Positions 29,224 to 41,570 of a DNA stretch of 64,000 bases are shown in pieces. Both the position numbers and the translations under genes were made by a program. Source of the DNA: a virus (lineage: Duplodnaviria > Caudoviricetes); IMG/VR virus record IMGVR_UViG_3300021978_000001, positions 160,001 to 224,000 of that record, one strand, 5' to 3'. Under the pieces are notes generated by a model. That model ran no database searches. It was not told where the DNA came from and saw nothing but the letters and a program-made list of their open reading frames with translations. How positions within the stretch are numbered: position 1 is the stretch's first letter; each line of letters opens with the position of its first letter.

Positions 29224-30696
29224 TCAACCTCGACCGCGCTGTTTCCGCCTCTTTCTCTGAAGCTGACGCTTGCGCTTGGTCCCGGGCAAGCGCTCGTAGC
29301 GCTTCTGGGTACGTCGCTTGTCCCTACGATAACTCGGGTTCTGACGGTACTTGCGACGGCGCTCACGGTTCTTGCGACGGTTATTCGGGTTGACGGGACG
29401 CGGACCGTAGTAACGGTACTTGTCACGCCCTGCATCCACCTCGCCATCATCCTCCCAGGAACTATCCCGGTCTGCCATATCATCCTCATACCCGGGCACC
29501 GGCGTGATCGGTTCGTACAGGAGCCGTTCTTCGTACCCACGCTGATACAGCGCGCTCGGGTCATTCAAGGGGCCTTCATAATAGGCATCAAGATAGTTGT
29601 CTTCGACATCAGGGTCATCAGGAATGATGTAAGGTTCGTCGAGGGGGATATACCTGTCCTTGGCAACGCGAGCCTCCAGCGCATCCACCAGATAAGCCAC
29701 ACGCTCCATTGTATACCCGAGGATCGCGGGACGATCGAAGGTACGGTCCCTGTCCAGGTAAGGAATGAACTCACACTGTCCAGGTGATGGACGCGGGGTC
29801 TTTGGCGCATCTGTCCACCAACAGGATACGAGGCGCGCTTCCTTGCGACGCTGATCGACCGCGAACACGATCGTGAGCCCGATGCGGTTGGCAGAGAAGC
29901 GTACAGGATCACCATAAGCGAGATCCATCAGGAGCTTCTGATCCTGGGGCTTCAAGTTGTCCGAGCGCTTGCGAGCCAAATACCACCGCTCGAACTCATC
30001 GAACGCCGATTGAAGCTCCGTGGTGGTCACCGACCGCAGGTTCATACGATACTGTGCATGCGAAGTCAAAAAGATGGATCGAAAGAGGTCGATCTTTTTG
30101 GCGGGGATACGCTGTGGCTTGTAGATCTTATCCGCGTCTGCGTTGGAGAGATCACGCCCCTTCTCGATGTCCTCGACGAGTTCTGCTTTTAGCTTGTCCG
30201 GGAGTCCTTCCATTTCGATGTCACGGATGATGTGACACGGACCACCAGGCAACCCAAGCGATTGAGGCCGTGCAGCGTTCACAGCGCGCTGTACAGGCGA
30301 TGTAGGAGAGAGCCCCCACCTGGCCCTCGCGTCACGCCCAAACGTGGCATACGCGACCATGTGCGCGTCCGTATGCGAAGGAAGCTCGACGCACGTAGTG
30401 GGAACATTGCGCGCGTAGACCTCGCGCAGGTTTGCCTGAATCGAACGGTACATGTCCGTCTTTACAGGACCGAGAGGCTCTTCCGGCAAGTAGACGTGAA
30501 GATGGTGATGGCTCGTGCGCTCCACCACAGATGCACAAACCCCGACCGCCTCCCAGTTTGGCGCGTACCGATGTTTTGTCTCCAGGACAGGCATGCATAC
30601 GTCGTCGAGCGCCAACCTCTCCGCGCTGCGCTGCAAGAGAGAAACCTCCCCGTCCATGATCAGGAAGTAATAATACGTCTTGTCACCAAAGTACAT
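29224..30696 (-). CDS. multidomain hypothetical protein with acidic then very basic tail
   Basis: Central LTSHAQYRMNLRSV...LTIVF...LVSCWW; C-terminal D/E/Y-rich then R/K-rich segments. Confidence 0.6.
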   Translation of the reverse strand: MYFGDKTYYYFLIMDGEVSLLQRSAERLALDDVCMPVLETKHRYAPNWEAVGVCASVVERTSHHHLHVYLPEEPLGPVKTDMYRSIQANLREVYARNVPTTCVELPSHTDAHMVAYATFGRDARARWGLSPTSPVQRAVNAARPQSLGLPGGPCHIIRDIEMEGLPDKLKAELVEDIEKGRDLSNADADKIYKPQRIPAKKIDLFRSIFLTSHAQYRMNLRSVTTTELQSAFDEFERWYLARKRSDNLKPQDQKLLMDLAYGDPVRFSANRIGLTIVFAVDQRRKEARLVSCWWTDAPKTPRPSPGQCEFIPYLDRDRTFDRPAILGYTMERVAYLVDALEARVAKDRYIPLDEPYIIPDDPDVEDNYLDAYYEGPLNDPSALYQRGYEERLLYEPITPVPGYEDDMADRDSSWEDDGEVDAGRDKYRYYGPRPVNPNNRRKNRERRRKYRQNPSYRRDKRRTQKRYERLPGTKRKRQLQRKRRKQRGRG

Positions 30697-30712
30697 GCTG
30701 TTGCCCCAAAGT

Positions 30713-30749
30713 AAAAGTCCCAGGAAGCCTCCATAGAAGCACCTGGGAC
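30713..30749 (-). terminator. probable intrinsic terminator
   Basis: GTCCCAGG...CCTGGGAC followed by TTTT downstream of the HNH gene. Confidence 0.5.
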
Positions 30750-30773
30750 AAATAGATTAGAGATGTAAAGACT

Positions 30774-31349
30774 TCAGACCGTGACGTAGTTGCTCCACGA
30801 CTCCGGGAACTGACGTCCCTTCAAGCGGAGCAGAACCGGGTTGCCATACCGAGGAACCCGAGGAGTCTTGCGCAAAGGCATCCCCGCCTGCTCGGGGGAA
30901 CGATCCGCCTTGAACCTGTTGCACCGACCGCATGAGGTGACGATGTTGGTCCAGCTCGTGGCGCCACCGTGCGAGCGAGGCACCACGTGGTCGAATGTCA
31001 GATCACGCAAGCTCACTTCACCCTTGAGCATCGACACGCCACAATACTGACACTCGAAGCCATCACGAGAGTACACGTTGGCGCGCGAAAAGCGAATGGT
31101 AGGCTTGTGCTTTTGGTAACGATTCAACACCATGACCGATGGTACCTTGATCGTAAGCGAAGGCGAGGACACCTCACGGTCCTCATACTCCGCTTCGACA
31201 CGGGCCTTGTCACGGAAAAGCAGCGACAAAGCGTCAGTCCAGCTCAGGATGTCCAGGGGTTGATAATCGGCATTCAACAGTAGCGTATCCATGTCGCTCC
31301 TCACATGGTTAATACGAGATGACCTACCAGTAACACAGCACACGGGCAA
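30774..31349 (-). CDS. HNH endonuclease (McrA-like)
   Basis: LLLNADYQPL, RDGFECQYCG, TFDHVVPRSHGG, NIVTSCGRCNRFK. Confidence 0.93.
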   Translation of the reverse strand: MPVCCVTGRSSRINHVRSDMDTLLLNADYQPLDILSWTDALSLLFRDKARVEAEYEDREVSSPSLTIKVPSVMVLNRYQKHKPTIRFSRANVYSRDGFECQYCGVSMLKGEVSLRDLTFDHVVPRSHGGATSWTNIVTSCGRCNRFKADRSPEQAGMPLRKTPRVPRYGNPVLLRLKGRQFPESWSNYVTV

Positions 31350-31406
31350 AAAACTTCCCAGTCGCGCTTTGCTCTACTACACACCGTATAAGAGCATCCT
31401 CCAGCG

Positions 31407-31982
31407 CTACTCCTCGAAGCAACAATCATAGAGCATACGTTCGAGCACCTCGGAGAGATCCCTGGCGCGGTTGAATCCAGGCGCCACTTCTCCCGCCAAT
31501 CCGAGCTTATGGACCGCAAGAGCCGTGCGTGAGAAAGGTCTGTCCTTGCGGGTAGGATCAGGTGCCCAAATCCGATTGGTCGCACAACAAAACGTCCACG
31601 CCTTACGTGGCCAAACATCACCCACATACCAGGTCACGCCATTTTCGAGGCGCGTGTAAATCAACTCGCGCACCCCAACTTGCTGATAAGCAAGACCCTC
31701 CACACCTTCGAGACGCAGGTACGCATTATGCTCGAAGTCTTCGGGGCGGTCCACGTAACTACCGAACCATGGCCAATCGAAAAGATCCAGCACATGCCCG
31801 AGCATCGCCCAACGCATGTGCGTATCTGCTACAGGGATCGCAACCTGGAGAAAGTGGTGCGTCTTTCCCAAATGACCCGGGCGACCGCACTGCAAATAAT
31901 GCAAAGGACGATGGGAGGTAAACCCCGCATCCTTGAGCGTGGCATCCAACAAGTCCTGATAGAAGGCGTTGACCAACATCAC
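31407..31982 (-). CDS. hypothetical protein
   Basis: 191-aa ORF directly abutting the upstream gene. Confidence 0.6.
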   Translation of the reverse strand: MMLVNAFYQDLLDATLKDAGFTSHRPLHYLQCGRPGHLGKTHHFLQVAIPVADTHMRWAMLGHVLDLFDWPWFGSYVDRPEDFEHNAYLRLEGVEGLAYQQVGVRELIYTRLENGVTWYVGDVWPRKAWTFCCATNRIWAPDPTRKDRPFSRTALAVHKLGLAGEVAPGFNRARDLSEVLERMLYDCCFEE

Positions 31983-32237
31983 TCAATCCAGGTGCAAGAT
32001 CTTTGCAAGATCGGAGACACGCGTGATTTTGGTGGTGAGGTCGAGACGGACATCATCCCTTAACGCGTGGTGAAACACGTACTGGGTACGCTTTCCTTTC
32101 GAGACCTGTGCAGAGACTCGCGTGGAGCGGTACTTGAACGTGACCCAACCCGACTCCCCCGCAGGACCCTCGGAGAACTCTTCCTTCTCCACCATGCCTT
32201 GTTCCTGGGCTTTTTTGTACAATGTATCGAACGTCAT
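31983..32237 (-). CDS. small hypothetical protein
   Basis: GAGG RBS; 84 aa. Confidence 0.6.
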   Translation of the reverse strand: MTFDTLYKKAQEQGMVEKEEFSEGPAGESGWVTFKYRSTRVSAQVSKGKRTQYVFHHALRDDVRLDLTTKITRVSDLAKILHLD

Positions 32238-32299
32238 GAGGAACCTCCCTCGTTTGGGTTACGATTCTTTATACCACAGGGAGGCTCTGACGTAAAACA

Positions 32300-33382
32300 C
32301 TAAGCCCCAGAAAGGTACCTGACGATGCGTTGCGTCATCAAATCACGGATCACATCCGAAAGCGTCTGCCGATGCTCCTCGGAATCCTCTGCCGAATGCA
32401 AGAATCCGATCGGTACGCATGCACCTCCTGAGCCTTGTTTGCCCCCTGAATGCTTTGGACCAAACACTTTCTGACAAAACGTGTGTACGTTGACCGATGA
32501 GTTCGAGCTTCGCACAGAAGCCTGAATGTCGGGACCAATCATGGCAAACACCACGACCGTTTCAATCCCCTCCATGCGTAGAAACTCATCCGCCATCATG
32601 GGGATCGCATCGCGCCGCTTGTCCGTCAGGCGCCCGAGGTAGGAGATGAGCGCTGACGCATTCACCGTCATGTTCTCTGCCGCGCGACTGCGAAGCTCGA
32701 AAAGGTAGGGAGGCAGGGGGTAGTGGACGATCTCCTGATACTTCTTCTTGTCGATGTGACAAATCAACGCAGCGTGCGCCGCGAGGTCGAGCCTGCTCGT
32801 GTTATCGGACAGGAGCCCATGCGTATCATTTACGATACCGAAGAGCAGCGCGGTCGCGACCTGCTGACCCCTCTCGCTCTCGAACGAGAAATCCTTGTAC
32901 CTCAAATAGTCCCAGACGATAGACGAGCATGCACCCACAGCACGAATGTCTTCATGAGGGAGGTCGAGATCGAAGTGATGGTGGTCGATGATCGCGTCCC
33001 AGGTCGAGATGATCTTCTCGAACTCACCTGTATTCTGAGGCGGGGAATCCACGACGACATGATAACCGTAACGCTCGGGTTCATACGTCGAAATATGACT
33101 CAAGCGCATATCCAGGACGTTAACCTCGGTGCGATTTTGAGGGTGACTCACCTCACCCGCATAGAACAAATCACTCACCACACCGAGCGTAGCCTCCAGA
33201 AGCCACTGGAGCCCCAGAGCGCTCCCCAGAGCATCCGGGTCAGGGGTATGCTGCGTCACAATACAAACGCGCGCCTCGGGCTGATTCTTGAGCTTGTGCT
33301 GCACCTGCTGCAAAAAGTGCTCGCACGGGTGCATCGACTCCTGCGGTATACTGTCAGGAGACTCATCAGAAGAAACGTCCAT
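32300..33382 (-). CDS. DHH/DHHA1 phosphoesterase (NrnA-like)
   Basis: HTPDPDALGS, VVDS, IDHH, GIVNDT, SVRS, GGKQGSGG. Confidence 0.9.
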   Translation of the reverse strand: MDVSSDESPDSIPQESMHPCEHFLQQVQHKLKNQPEARVCIVTQHTPDPDALGSALGLQWLLEATLGVVSDLFYAGEVSHPQNRTEVNVLDMRLSHISTYEPERYGYHVVVDSPPQNTGEFEKIISTWDAIIDHHHFDLDLPHEDIRAVGACSSIVWDYLRYKDFSFESERGQQVATALLFGIVNDTHGLLSDNTSRLDLAAHAALICHIDKKKYQEIVHYPLPPYLFELRSRAAENMTVNASALISYLGRLTDKRRDAIPMMADEFLRMEGIETVVVFAMIGPDIQASVRSSNSSVNVHTFCQKVFGPKHSGGKQGSGGACVPIGFLHSAEDSEEHRQTLSDVIRDLMTQRIVRYLSGA

Positions 33383-33391
33383 GATCTACTC

Positions 33392-33673
33392 TCAAATGTC
33401 TTTTTTGGTTAGCCCCTGAAAGCCCCCGAGGTTACGCACCTTGTGGGACTTCACAATGGTTTTGGCGGGCCTCACGTTCGAGCCCTTGTACATGGCTTCG
33501 CGCAAGTCGAGGTGTTCTTTCACCATCTGCACCTTACGCGTATGAGTCATGACCACCTTGAGCTGGTCGGGAGCGGGCGGACTCAGCAAGAGCCCCACCA
33601 GTTCCTCTACCAAATCTCCCAGGGAGAGTTCGTTCAGGCGGTCATGGTAAGTTTCAAAAGACTCCTCAGACAT
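33392..33673 (-). CDS. hypothetical protein
   Basis: GGAGG RBS; operon member. Confidence 0.6.
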   Translation of the reverse strand: MSEESFETYHDRLNELSLGDLVEELVGLLLSPPAPDQLKVVMTHTRKVQMVKEHLDLREAMYKGSNVRPAKTIVKSHKVRNLGGFQGLTKKDI

Positions 33674-33675
33674 GG

Positions 33676-34032
33676 TTATTCCTCCACGCCGGGGGTCAAG
33701 TCTTCCTCCAGGCTCTCCTCATCCCCCTCCTCGACGTCCGTTTCCCCACGCACGGGGAGCTGTTCGATGATCTCCGCGAGGCGACCATTCAAGTGCCCTA
33801 CCTCGAACATATACTCGAAGTAAGTCGAGGTCGCGGCCTCTTCCTCCTTGTAGACATACCAGAGCACCTCGTCAGCACTGACACCCACCTTGACCTGTCG
33901 GTGAGACGCCACCTCAAGCACGAAGCGATGTTCGTGGTCGGGGATGCGCTCGAAACCCAGACCCAGAAGTGCTTCTTTGATCTGGTTGGTGTCCGCCTTG
34001 TGGGTCAAACGCCACTTGAAAATAGACGACAT
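33676..34032 (-). CDS. hypothetical protein
   Basis: GAGGAGG RBS; operon member. Confidence 0.6.
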   Translation of the reverse strand: MSSIFKWRLTHKADTNQIKEALLGLGFERIPDHEHRFVLEVASHRQVKVGVSADEVLWYVYKEEEAATSTYFEYMFEVGHLNGRLAEIIEQLPVRGETDVEEGDEESLEEDLTPGVEE

Positions 34033-34033
34033 A

Positions 34034-34342
34034 TCATTCCTCCTCGTTCATCAGAGCACGCACAGAATCACGATGAACATACAAGCCATCATAGGGCGCT
34101 TCACCGTCATACTGATATACATGACACTCGACGATTTGTGAGATTTTCTGGGAGCGCAATGAACAACTCTCGGGCTCGAACCACCAAAAGGCCCCACGCT
34201 CCTGACCTATGAGGTCGATGAGGTACCGCAGAGCCGTGTTCGCTTCTTCGCGTTCCTGTTGCGCGGTCAGGGAGGGAGAAGGACGATACAAGAGCTGCAA
34301 CGTCTTTCCATGCTCCACTTTTTTGAAACGAAGATAATACAC
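34034..34342 (-). CDS. hypothetical protein
   Basis: First gene of a small operon. Confidence 0.55.
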   Translation of the reverse strand: MYYLRFKKVEHGKTLQLLYRPSPSLTAQQEREEANTALRYLIDLIGQERGAFWWFEPESCSLRSQKISQIVECHVYQYDGEAPYDGLYVHRDSVRALMNEEE

Positions 34343-34415
34343 CTTCGTGACCTCCTACCTCTATACAATCCACAAGAAGAACATCACGAAGGTGTATCAC
34401 AGGAACCCGAAGGGG

Positions 34416-36680
34416 TCAAGGTACGCACGTTGCACTGGGCACCCTGTTACAGAAGGCTTGCTTCTCTGGCGTGGTGAGAAAGGGGTTCCCAGTGAACGTG
34501 AACGCCCCACCAAGGTTAGACAACACTGGAGCACCTGGCAAGGCATCGAAGGATGAGTAGTTGATCGCGAAATCCCCTCCCACCGTGTGGAGCTGATCGA
34601 AGCCTCGCATCTCACCCGGCAACAACATCCCGCCACCCACATGCTGCGTGTGCATCAACACCGTTCCCGTCACCTCAGTCAAAAGAGGGAAGTAATCGAA
34701 GTGCAGCACGGAAATCTTCACACCCTGGAGTCTCAAGGAGCCGTTGAGCTTCGTCACCGCATCGAAGGCGCACTCGACACCTGTCGAATCACAGAAGGTC
34801 AGGTTCATGAAGCTGAAATCCACGCCGCCCGTCTCGGTCAATGCGCTCAGGGCGCTCGCGTCTTCAATCGTGGGGCGAGCTTTGGCGCTCGTGGACTCGT
34901 GGGTTCGCACGCGCCCTTCCACCCGCGTCAAGTTCTCCAGACCATGCAGGCTGTAGATCGTCGTATCCACGTTGGAGCGGCCTGGACCTTCGATGACCAA
35001 ATCACCGCCGATGTGAACCAGGGGGAGCGCCGTGGGGTGGATCTCTGCCAAATCGTAGGACGTTCGCTTGCATTGACGAGTCGCGCCGTTGTAATCCACG
35101 ACCGTGCCCTCGTTACTCGCACCCGTTCGGATGAACAAGCTCCCCGAGATCGAGCAGTATTGCGTGGGGTCCATGATGCCTCCGTAAGGCTGGTCACAAT
35201 CCCAATCACCCACAGCCCAGCGAGGCGTTCCGATCGGAGAGTTCCAGTCCTGCTCGTTACGCGCGACCATCAAGGTCACATCTCCCTGGTACTGGGTACA
35301 GGTCGCGGGGCGTGCTGCAACCTGCTGGCAGGTAGTGGTGCAAGCGGAAGGGCAATCTTCCCATGGCTCACATTGAGGCGCCTGCGCGACGTTGGCGTTA
35401 CCGAGGTCACACTGTTCGTTCCCTTGAACCACACCGTCCCCACACGTGCCACCCTGTTCAGTGATGACACCCGAGCAATCGGCGGCACACCAGGAGCACG
35501 TCCCGTTGTAGGGAGCGGTACAAGCCTGTCCCGTTTGCGCTCCTGCGTCACACTGTTCACTGCCTTCGATGATGCCATCGCCACACACGTTCAACTCGCG
35601 ACAGGTCACGCCATCCCCCGTGTATCCGGCATCGCAATCACAACGATAACCGCCCACTTCGTTGGTGCACGTCGCGTTGGCGCCACATGGGTTGTTCTGG
35701 CATTCATCCACATCTTCACACACGAAGCGTCCTTCCCCTTGCGTGGCATCACGATTCACACAGGTCGTTCCGGCGCCACAGTTATCCTCATTGAAGAGAC
35801 ACTCGTCACGGTCGAAGCACTGGTGCGTGATGTTCTGAGAATCGGTCGCATCCTTGTTGATACACACCGAACCCACAGGGCATGACCCTGGAATGTTACA
35901 CTCGTTGATGTCCACACAGACATAGCCACCACCTTGCGCTTCCTGGCAGGCTTCACCCTCACCACAAGGGTCTCCCTGACACTCGGGGATGTCCTGACAG
36001 GTGAACCCATCCCCCGAGAAACCCGAGTTGCATTCACACATGAAGCCGCCCTGCGTGTTGGTGCAGGTCGCGTTAGCTCCACAGGGGTTATCGAGGCATT
36101 CGTTTCGATCCGCACACGCGCCACCCATGGGCACATAGCCTTCATCACAGGCACACTGTGTGCACCCAACCCCTGCCTCGCATTGTTCCGCGCCGTTCAA
36201 GACACCATCTCCACACGAGCCACCTCGCACCGTTTCTTCGCGACAGTCGAGGCCACAAAACGTGCAGGTCGCGCCGTAAGCAGGATCACACAGCTCCCCA
36301 TTACGTTGACCTTCATCACACTGCTCCGTGCCCTCCACGACGCCATCACCACACTCAGGGGCAGGCATCTCATCCATGTCTTCCTGTGGGGCCATGTCCT
36401 CTTCGCTCATGTCAGAGGACATATCTTCTGTAGGAACTTCCATGTCCTCGCCCATATCCGCCGAAGCCATATCCGTGTCGTCAGGCGTCATATCCTCTTC
36501 AAGCTGTCCCATGTCTTCCGAGAAGTCCGGCGTAATCGTCATGTCCGCCTGGACATCCATATCCCCACTTCGGGGTGTGCTGGTCCCGGAAGGGGACTCC
36601 ACACATGCTGTCATCATCAACGCCACGCAGAGCGCGGCAAGGAACATCATTTTCTGTCGCATCGTGTTCTCCGTGGTCAC
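34416..36680 (-). CDS. lipoprotein with myxobacterial Cys-rich repeats, EGF-like domains and a receptor-L-like C-terminus
   Basis: Lipobox LMMTAC; DM-rich linker; 4x CGDGxxxGxEQCxxG; 5 EGF-like units (DxxEC); LxGLxxLxxVxG repeats. Confidence 0.85.
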   Translation of the reverse strand: MTTENTMRQKMMFLAALCVALMMTACVESPSGTSTPRSGDMDVQADMTITPDFSEDMGQLEEDMTPDDTDMASADMGEDMEVPTEDMSSDMSEEDMAPQEDMDEMPAPECGDGVVEGTEQCDEGQRNGELCDPAYGATCTFCGLDCREETVRGGSCGDGVLNGAEQCEAGVGCTQCACDEGYVPMGGACADRNECLDNPCGANATCTNTQGGFMCECNSGFSGDGFTCQDIPECQGDPCGEGEACQEAQGGGYVCVDINECNIPGSCPVGSVCINKDATDSQNITHQCFDRDECLFNEDNCGAGTTCVNRDATQGEGRFVCEDVDECQNNPCGANATCTNEVGGYRCDCDAGYTGDGVTCRELNVCGDGIIEGSEQCDAGAQTGQACTAPYNGTCSWCAADCSGVITEQGGTCGDGVVQGNEQCDLGNANVAQAPQCEPWEDCPSACTTTCQQVAARPATCTQYQGDVTLMVARNEQDWNSPIGTPRWAVGDWDCDQPYGGIMDPTQYCSISGSLFIRTGASNEGTVVDYNGATRQCKRTSYDLAEIHPTALPLVHIGGDLVIEGPGRSNVDTTIYSLHGLENLTRVEGRVRTHESTSAKARPTIEDASALSALTETGGVDFSFMNLTFCDSTGVECAFDAVTKLNGSLRLQGVKISVLHFDYFPLLTEVTGTVLMHTQHVGGGMLLPGEMRGFDQLHTVGGDFAINYSSFDALPGAPVLSNLGGAFTFTGNPFLTTPEKQAFCNRVPSATCVP

Positions 36681-36841
36681 GAGTTTGGTTGCCGGAGATC
36701 ACCCCATGTGACCGCCGTAACACTTACTGATACCACAAGGACACCTTGCCGTTAAAAAATCTTTCAAGAATAGCGCCGATTTCTGCAACAGGGAAGAGCT
36801 GGAATGATCGTATCACGGTCGAGATCGGGTCTTGACAGCAC

Positions 36842-36870
36842 AAAAAAAGCCCCCACGTGTGTGAGGGCTT
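36842..36870 (-). terminator. intrinsic terminator
   Basis: AAGCCC...GGGCTT hairpin followed by a T-run on the minus strand. Confidence 0.65.
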
Positions 36871-36892
36871 TCGAGTACAGGTCTTGAGGGGC

Positions 36893-38834
<1,942 letters not shown>

Positions 38835-38896
38835 TCAACCATACGCTCATGTCCTTGTTTCGTCAAACGGTTTGTACTCTGGTCAGGTGCCTTGGG

Positions 38897-39265
38897 TTAA
38901 TCGTGGGACGAATCAAGTCCGCGCCCAAGGCCCGAGATTCCTGTTGCCATGTAGGTCTCAGGCAGATCACGCGAACAAAGGCGTCCCTCTGTCAAGCAGA
39001 GACTCCCCACAGCGATGTCCTTGATCACACCACGATAAGGCTTCATACCATACACGACCGACGCATACGACACCCCATAACCCTCCACGAACTTGGAGCG
39101 AATCTCCACGAGGCACGCAAAGCCGAAAGTTGTGTAGACAAGAAGCCTATCGCCCTCTTGCAGGGGGATACTGTCCAGTTCGAGATGAGGCACCTCACCA
39201 TGCATGCGCCAAACAAGGCGTCCGTAACGTGGTTGGAAGGTCTCTTCGTGCGTCTCTGTGCTCAT
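38897..39265 (-). CDS. hypothetical protein
   Basis: Overlapping stop/start with the upstream gene. Confidence 0.55.
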   Translation of the reverse strand: MSTETHEETFQPRYGRLVWRMHGEVPHLELDSIPLQEGDRLLVYTTFGFACLVEIRSKFVEGYGVSYASVVYGMKPYRGVIKDIAVGSLCLTEGRLCSRDLPETYMATGISGLGRGLDSSHD

Positions 39266-39648
39266 GAAGGCGGCTCCTCGTAGTGTGTAGTGTAAACATA
39301 GGGATCAGGGAGAGCATCCAGCTCGCGCGCTTGCGCCGTGGTCAACGTCTCGACGAAGTACAGCGCATCCTCACGCTCCCCTCCCCACATGCATGTGACC
39401 AGATAAATAGAACCTGAACATGATTCGGTCACCATATCCCGACACAACACGAGGCCATCTATAAAAGCCTCCAGGCGCTCGGGCGTCGTGCTCTTGACGA
39501 TGTACGTCATGGACGCCTGCCCGTGGTCAATGCCATGAAAATAAGCCAACCAGGACACTCCCAGGTGGTCTCTCCATGTCATGATCACGGGAGACCCATC
39601 ATAGGTCTCCAAAACTTCCAGGGTATCCTGGTGTTGCCACCACAACAT
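39262..39648 (-). CDS. hypothetical protein
   Basis: LETYDGSPV pattern; GAGGAG RBS. Confidence 0.6.
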   Translation of the reverse strand: MLWWQHQDTLEVLETYDGSPVIMTWRDHLGVSWLAYFHGIDHGQASMTYIVKSTTPERLEAFIDGLVLCRDMVTESCSGSIYLVTCMWGGEREDALYFVETLTTAQARELDALPDPYVYTTHYEEPPS

Positions 39649-39657
39649 AAGCTCTCC

Positions 39658-40701
39658 TCAATCCTTGTATACAGGGTAAAACTTCTGACGATTCTCGACA
39701 TGCCTCTCATATCCTGCAACGCTGCGAGGAGTTAATCCCAGAGCAGAATCCCTGGCCAGCATATAGAGGCGACGCACTTTCTTCACAAACTCTTCGCGTT
39801 GTGCATCCTTGACTTCGGCAGGATCGAACAGATCCGGTTGAATAGGAGGCGCTTCATCTTCAGCCTCCCACTCCCACTCTCTCAAGACAGTGGTGTTACG
39901 ATTGCGGACGCTACAGAGCTTGAGCATCTGCTGTTTCTTGCAGATGTACACGCGCGTCTGACCTGGCATATCAAACTCATTGATGTCCGCGTAGTATTCA
40001 CCAAACTCGGAAGAGCTTTCACTCCAGGCAAAGTCCTTGATCGCGGTACCATGCAAGAGGCGGTCTACCACGAGATGACGCAAGTGCATGTCATACTCTT
40101 CGGGTTCCATCGCGACCAGCGCACGCCACCGATCGCCCCATCGTTTCTTCTCTTCCTCTTCTGCCTCTTTGGCGAGACGTTCTTCCTCCTCCTTTTCTTC
40201 TTTCCGCAGGCGCCGCTCTTCCTCTTCTGCTTCCTCGCGCTCTTTCTTGAGTCGCGCTTTCTCGCGCGCCTCTTTCTCTTCCTGTTCAGCACGAAGGCGC
40301 CGCTCCTCATCCAGCGCAGCCTCGCGCTCTGCCTCCGCACGCTCCTTCTCCAGGCGCTTGATTTCCTTCTCCTCTTCGAGAAGGCGGCGTTGCTCTTGCA
40401 GCACCATGAAACGCTCCTGGAAGCCCAGGGAGTGTTCGCCAGCAAAGATGTCCTTGGCGTCTCCTTCGAGCTTATCATCGAACGCTTCGAGGTCTGTCAG
40501 GAGCTTTAGAGGACGCTCCTGGTTATCGAGCTGCGTGCCAATATGCCCCAGCCGCGTCGCGTTACGATCGACCATGGTCGCATGTTCTTCGAGCAAGCGC
40601 GCTTGCTTCGAGGTCTTGCGCGTTAATGCGAGGTTCCAAAGGAACATCACAGTTAACACTGCCGCCAAAGCCCACGCTATGGTGCTCAGACTTACCACCA
40701 T
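39658..40701 (-). CDS. membrane-anchored coiled-coil protein
   Basis: N-terminal TM and long E/K/R-rich helix. Confidence 0.75.
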   Translation of the reverse strand: MVVSLSTIAWALAAVLTVMFLWNLALTRKTSKQARLLEEHATMVDRNATRLGHIGTQLDNQERPLKLLTDLEAFDDKLEGDAKDIFAGEHSLGFQERFMVLQEQRRLLEEEKEIKRLEKERAEAEREAALDEERRLRAEQEEKEAREKARLKKEREEAEEEERRLRKEEKEEEERLAKEAEEEEKKRWGDRWRALVAMEPEEYDMHLRHLVVDRLLHGTAIKDFAWSESSSEFGEYYADINEFDMPGQTRVYICKKQQMLKLCSVRNRNTTVLREWEWEAEDEAPPIQPDLFDPAEVKDAQREEFVKKVRRLYMLARDSALGLTPRSVAGYERHVENRQKFYPVYKD

Positions 40702-40766
40702 CTTTTTTCTCCGTGTAAACTATCGTGTCGTGTTGTCGATCAGGTACGCCTCGAAGCTACCACGAT

Positions 40767-41570
40767 TTAGCAGGAAGCGTCAAACTGAGAAGGCACCTCA
40801 CCTTCGTAACGATGCCAGGGGAGGGAACCGTACTCCGAGCGGCGATACCAACCCGGCGTGAGGTCCCCCAACGTCAAGCGGATCTCGATGAGCGAGGGAA
40901 ACCCCTGAATCAAGGTATCCAAGTAAGCCCTTTGTTCCTCCGACAGGGCCAACTCCCAGAACCCGTGACGCCCTTCTGGTTCGATGCCCAGGTGCTTACA
41001 CATATCCTGTTCGACATCCTTGTTCCCAAAGGGACGCTTGGTATCCACACAAGGCCACACCTCCCTTGTCGTGATGTTGAAATGGGGCAAGAGCTTGAGG
41101 TGGTCTTCGGTCACCTCGAAGTAGACCCACCCGCCATAACTTGGACCCTCGGGGTAGGGATCAACCCATGCCACCTCAGAAGTCTCGTTCTCCTCTTGAG
41201 CTTCCTGAATAACGCCTTCCTCCAGGTTCTTCTGTGGCGCCCATGCCCATTTGCGGCGCTCCTTGTCGAAGACGTAATACCCAGGGGTCATCTGCCGCGC
41301 CTGAAACACCACCTGGAGCGCGCTCGCAAGCTCACGGTGGAGCGTGTAACACGTGTCATGCTCCTCGCGAGTCAGGCTACGATCTTCCGTGGGTCCCAGG
41401 ATGCCCACCGCGCGCGCAATGTCTTCCTCGATACCCATCGAGTTACCATACGGGCGCTTCGGGTCAATCAGGGGCGCGCCGTATTCAGCATGCTCATCAA
41501 AATCAATCTCAGCTTCAGCGAGCAAAGCGAGATGCTCACGCTTCAAGAGAAAATACGTGGGGTCTGCCAT
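40767..41570 (-). CDS. hypothetical protein with a duplicated domain
   Basis: HLALL..IDPKRPYGN..EDIARAVGI repeated as HLKLL..VDTKRPFGN..QDMCKHLGI. Confidence 0.75.
   Translation of the reverse strand: MADPTYFLLKREHLALLAEAEIDFDEHAEYGAPLIDPKRPYGNSMGIEEDIARAVGILGPTEDRSLTREEHDTCYTLHRELASALQVVFQARQMTPGYYVFDKERRKWAWAPQKNLEEGVIQEAQEENETSEVAWVDPYPEGPSYGGWVYFEVTEDHLKLLPHFNITTREVWPCVDTKRPFGNKDVEQDMCKHLGIEPEGRHGFWELALSEEQRAYLDTLIQGFPSLIEIRLTLGDLTPGWYRRSEYGSLPWHRYEGEVPSQFDASC

Noticed and set aside
36360-36560. Asp-Met-rich and acidic low-complexity repeats, also at 26760..26860
   Set aside because: Protein linker repeats, not independent DNA repeat elements.
13384-36817. 13-mer TGATCGTATCACG at 13384 and 36805, both intergenic
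   Set aside because: Only two copies, and chance 13-mer repeats are expected in 64 kb; no consistent promoter geometry.
40800-40860. tRNA-like fragment GGGGAGGGAACCG
   Set aside because: Lies inside a CDS and lacks a T-loop and cloverleaf.
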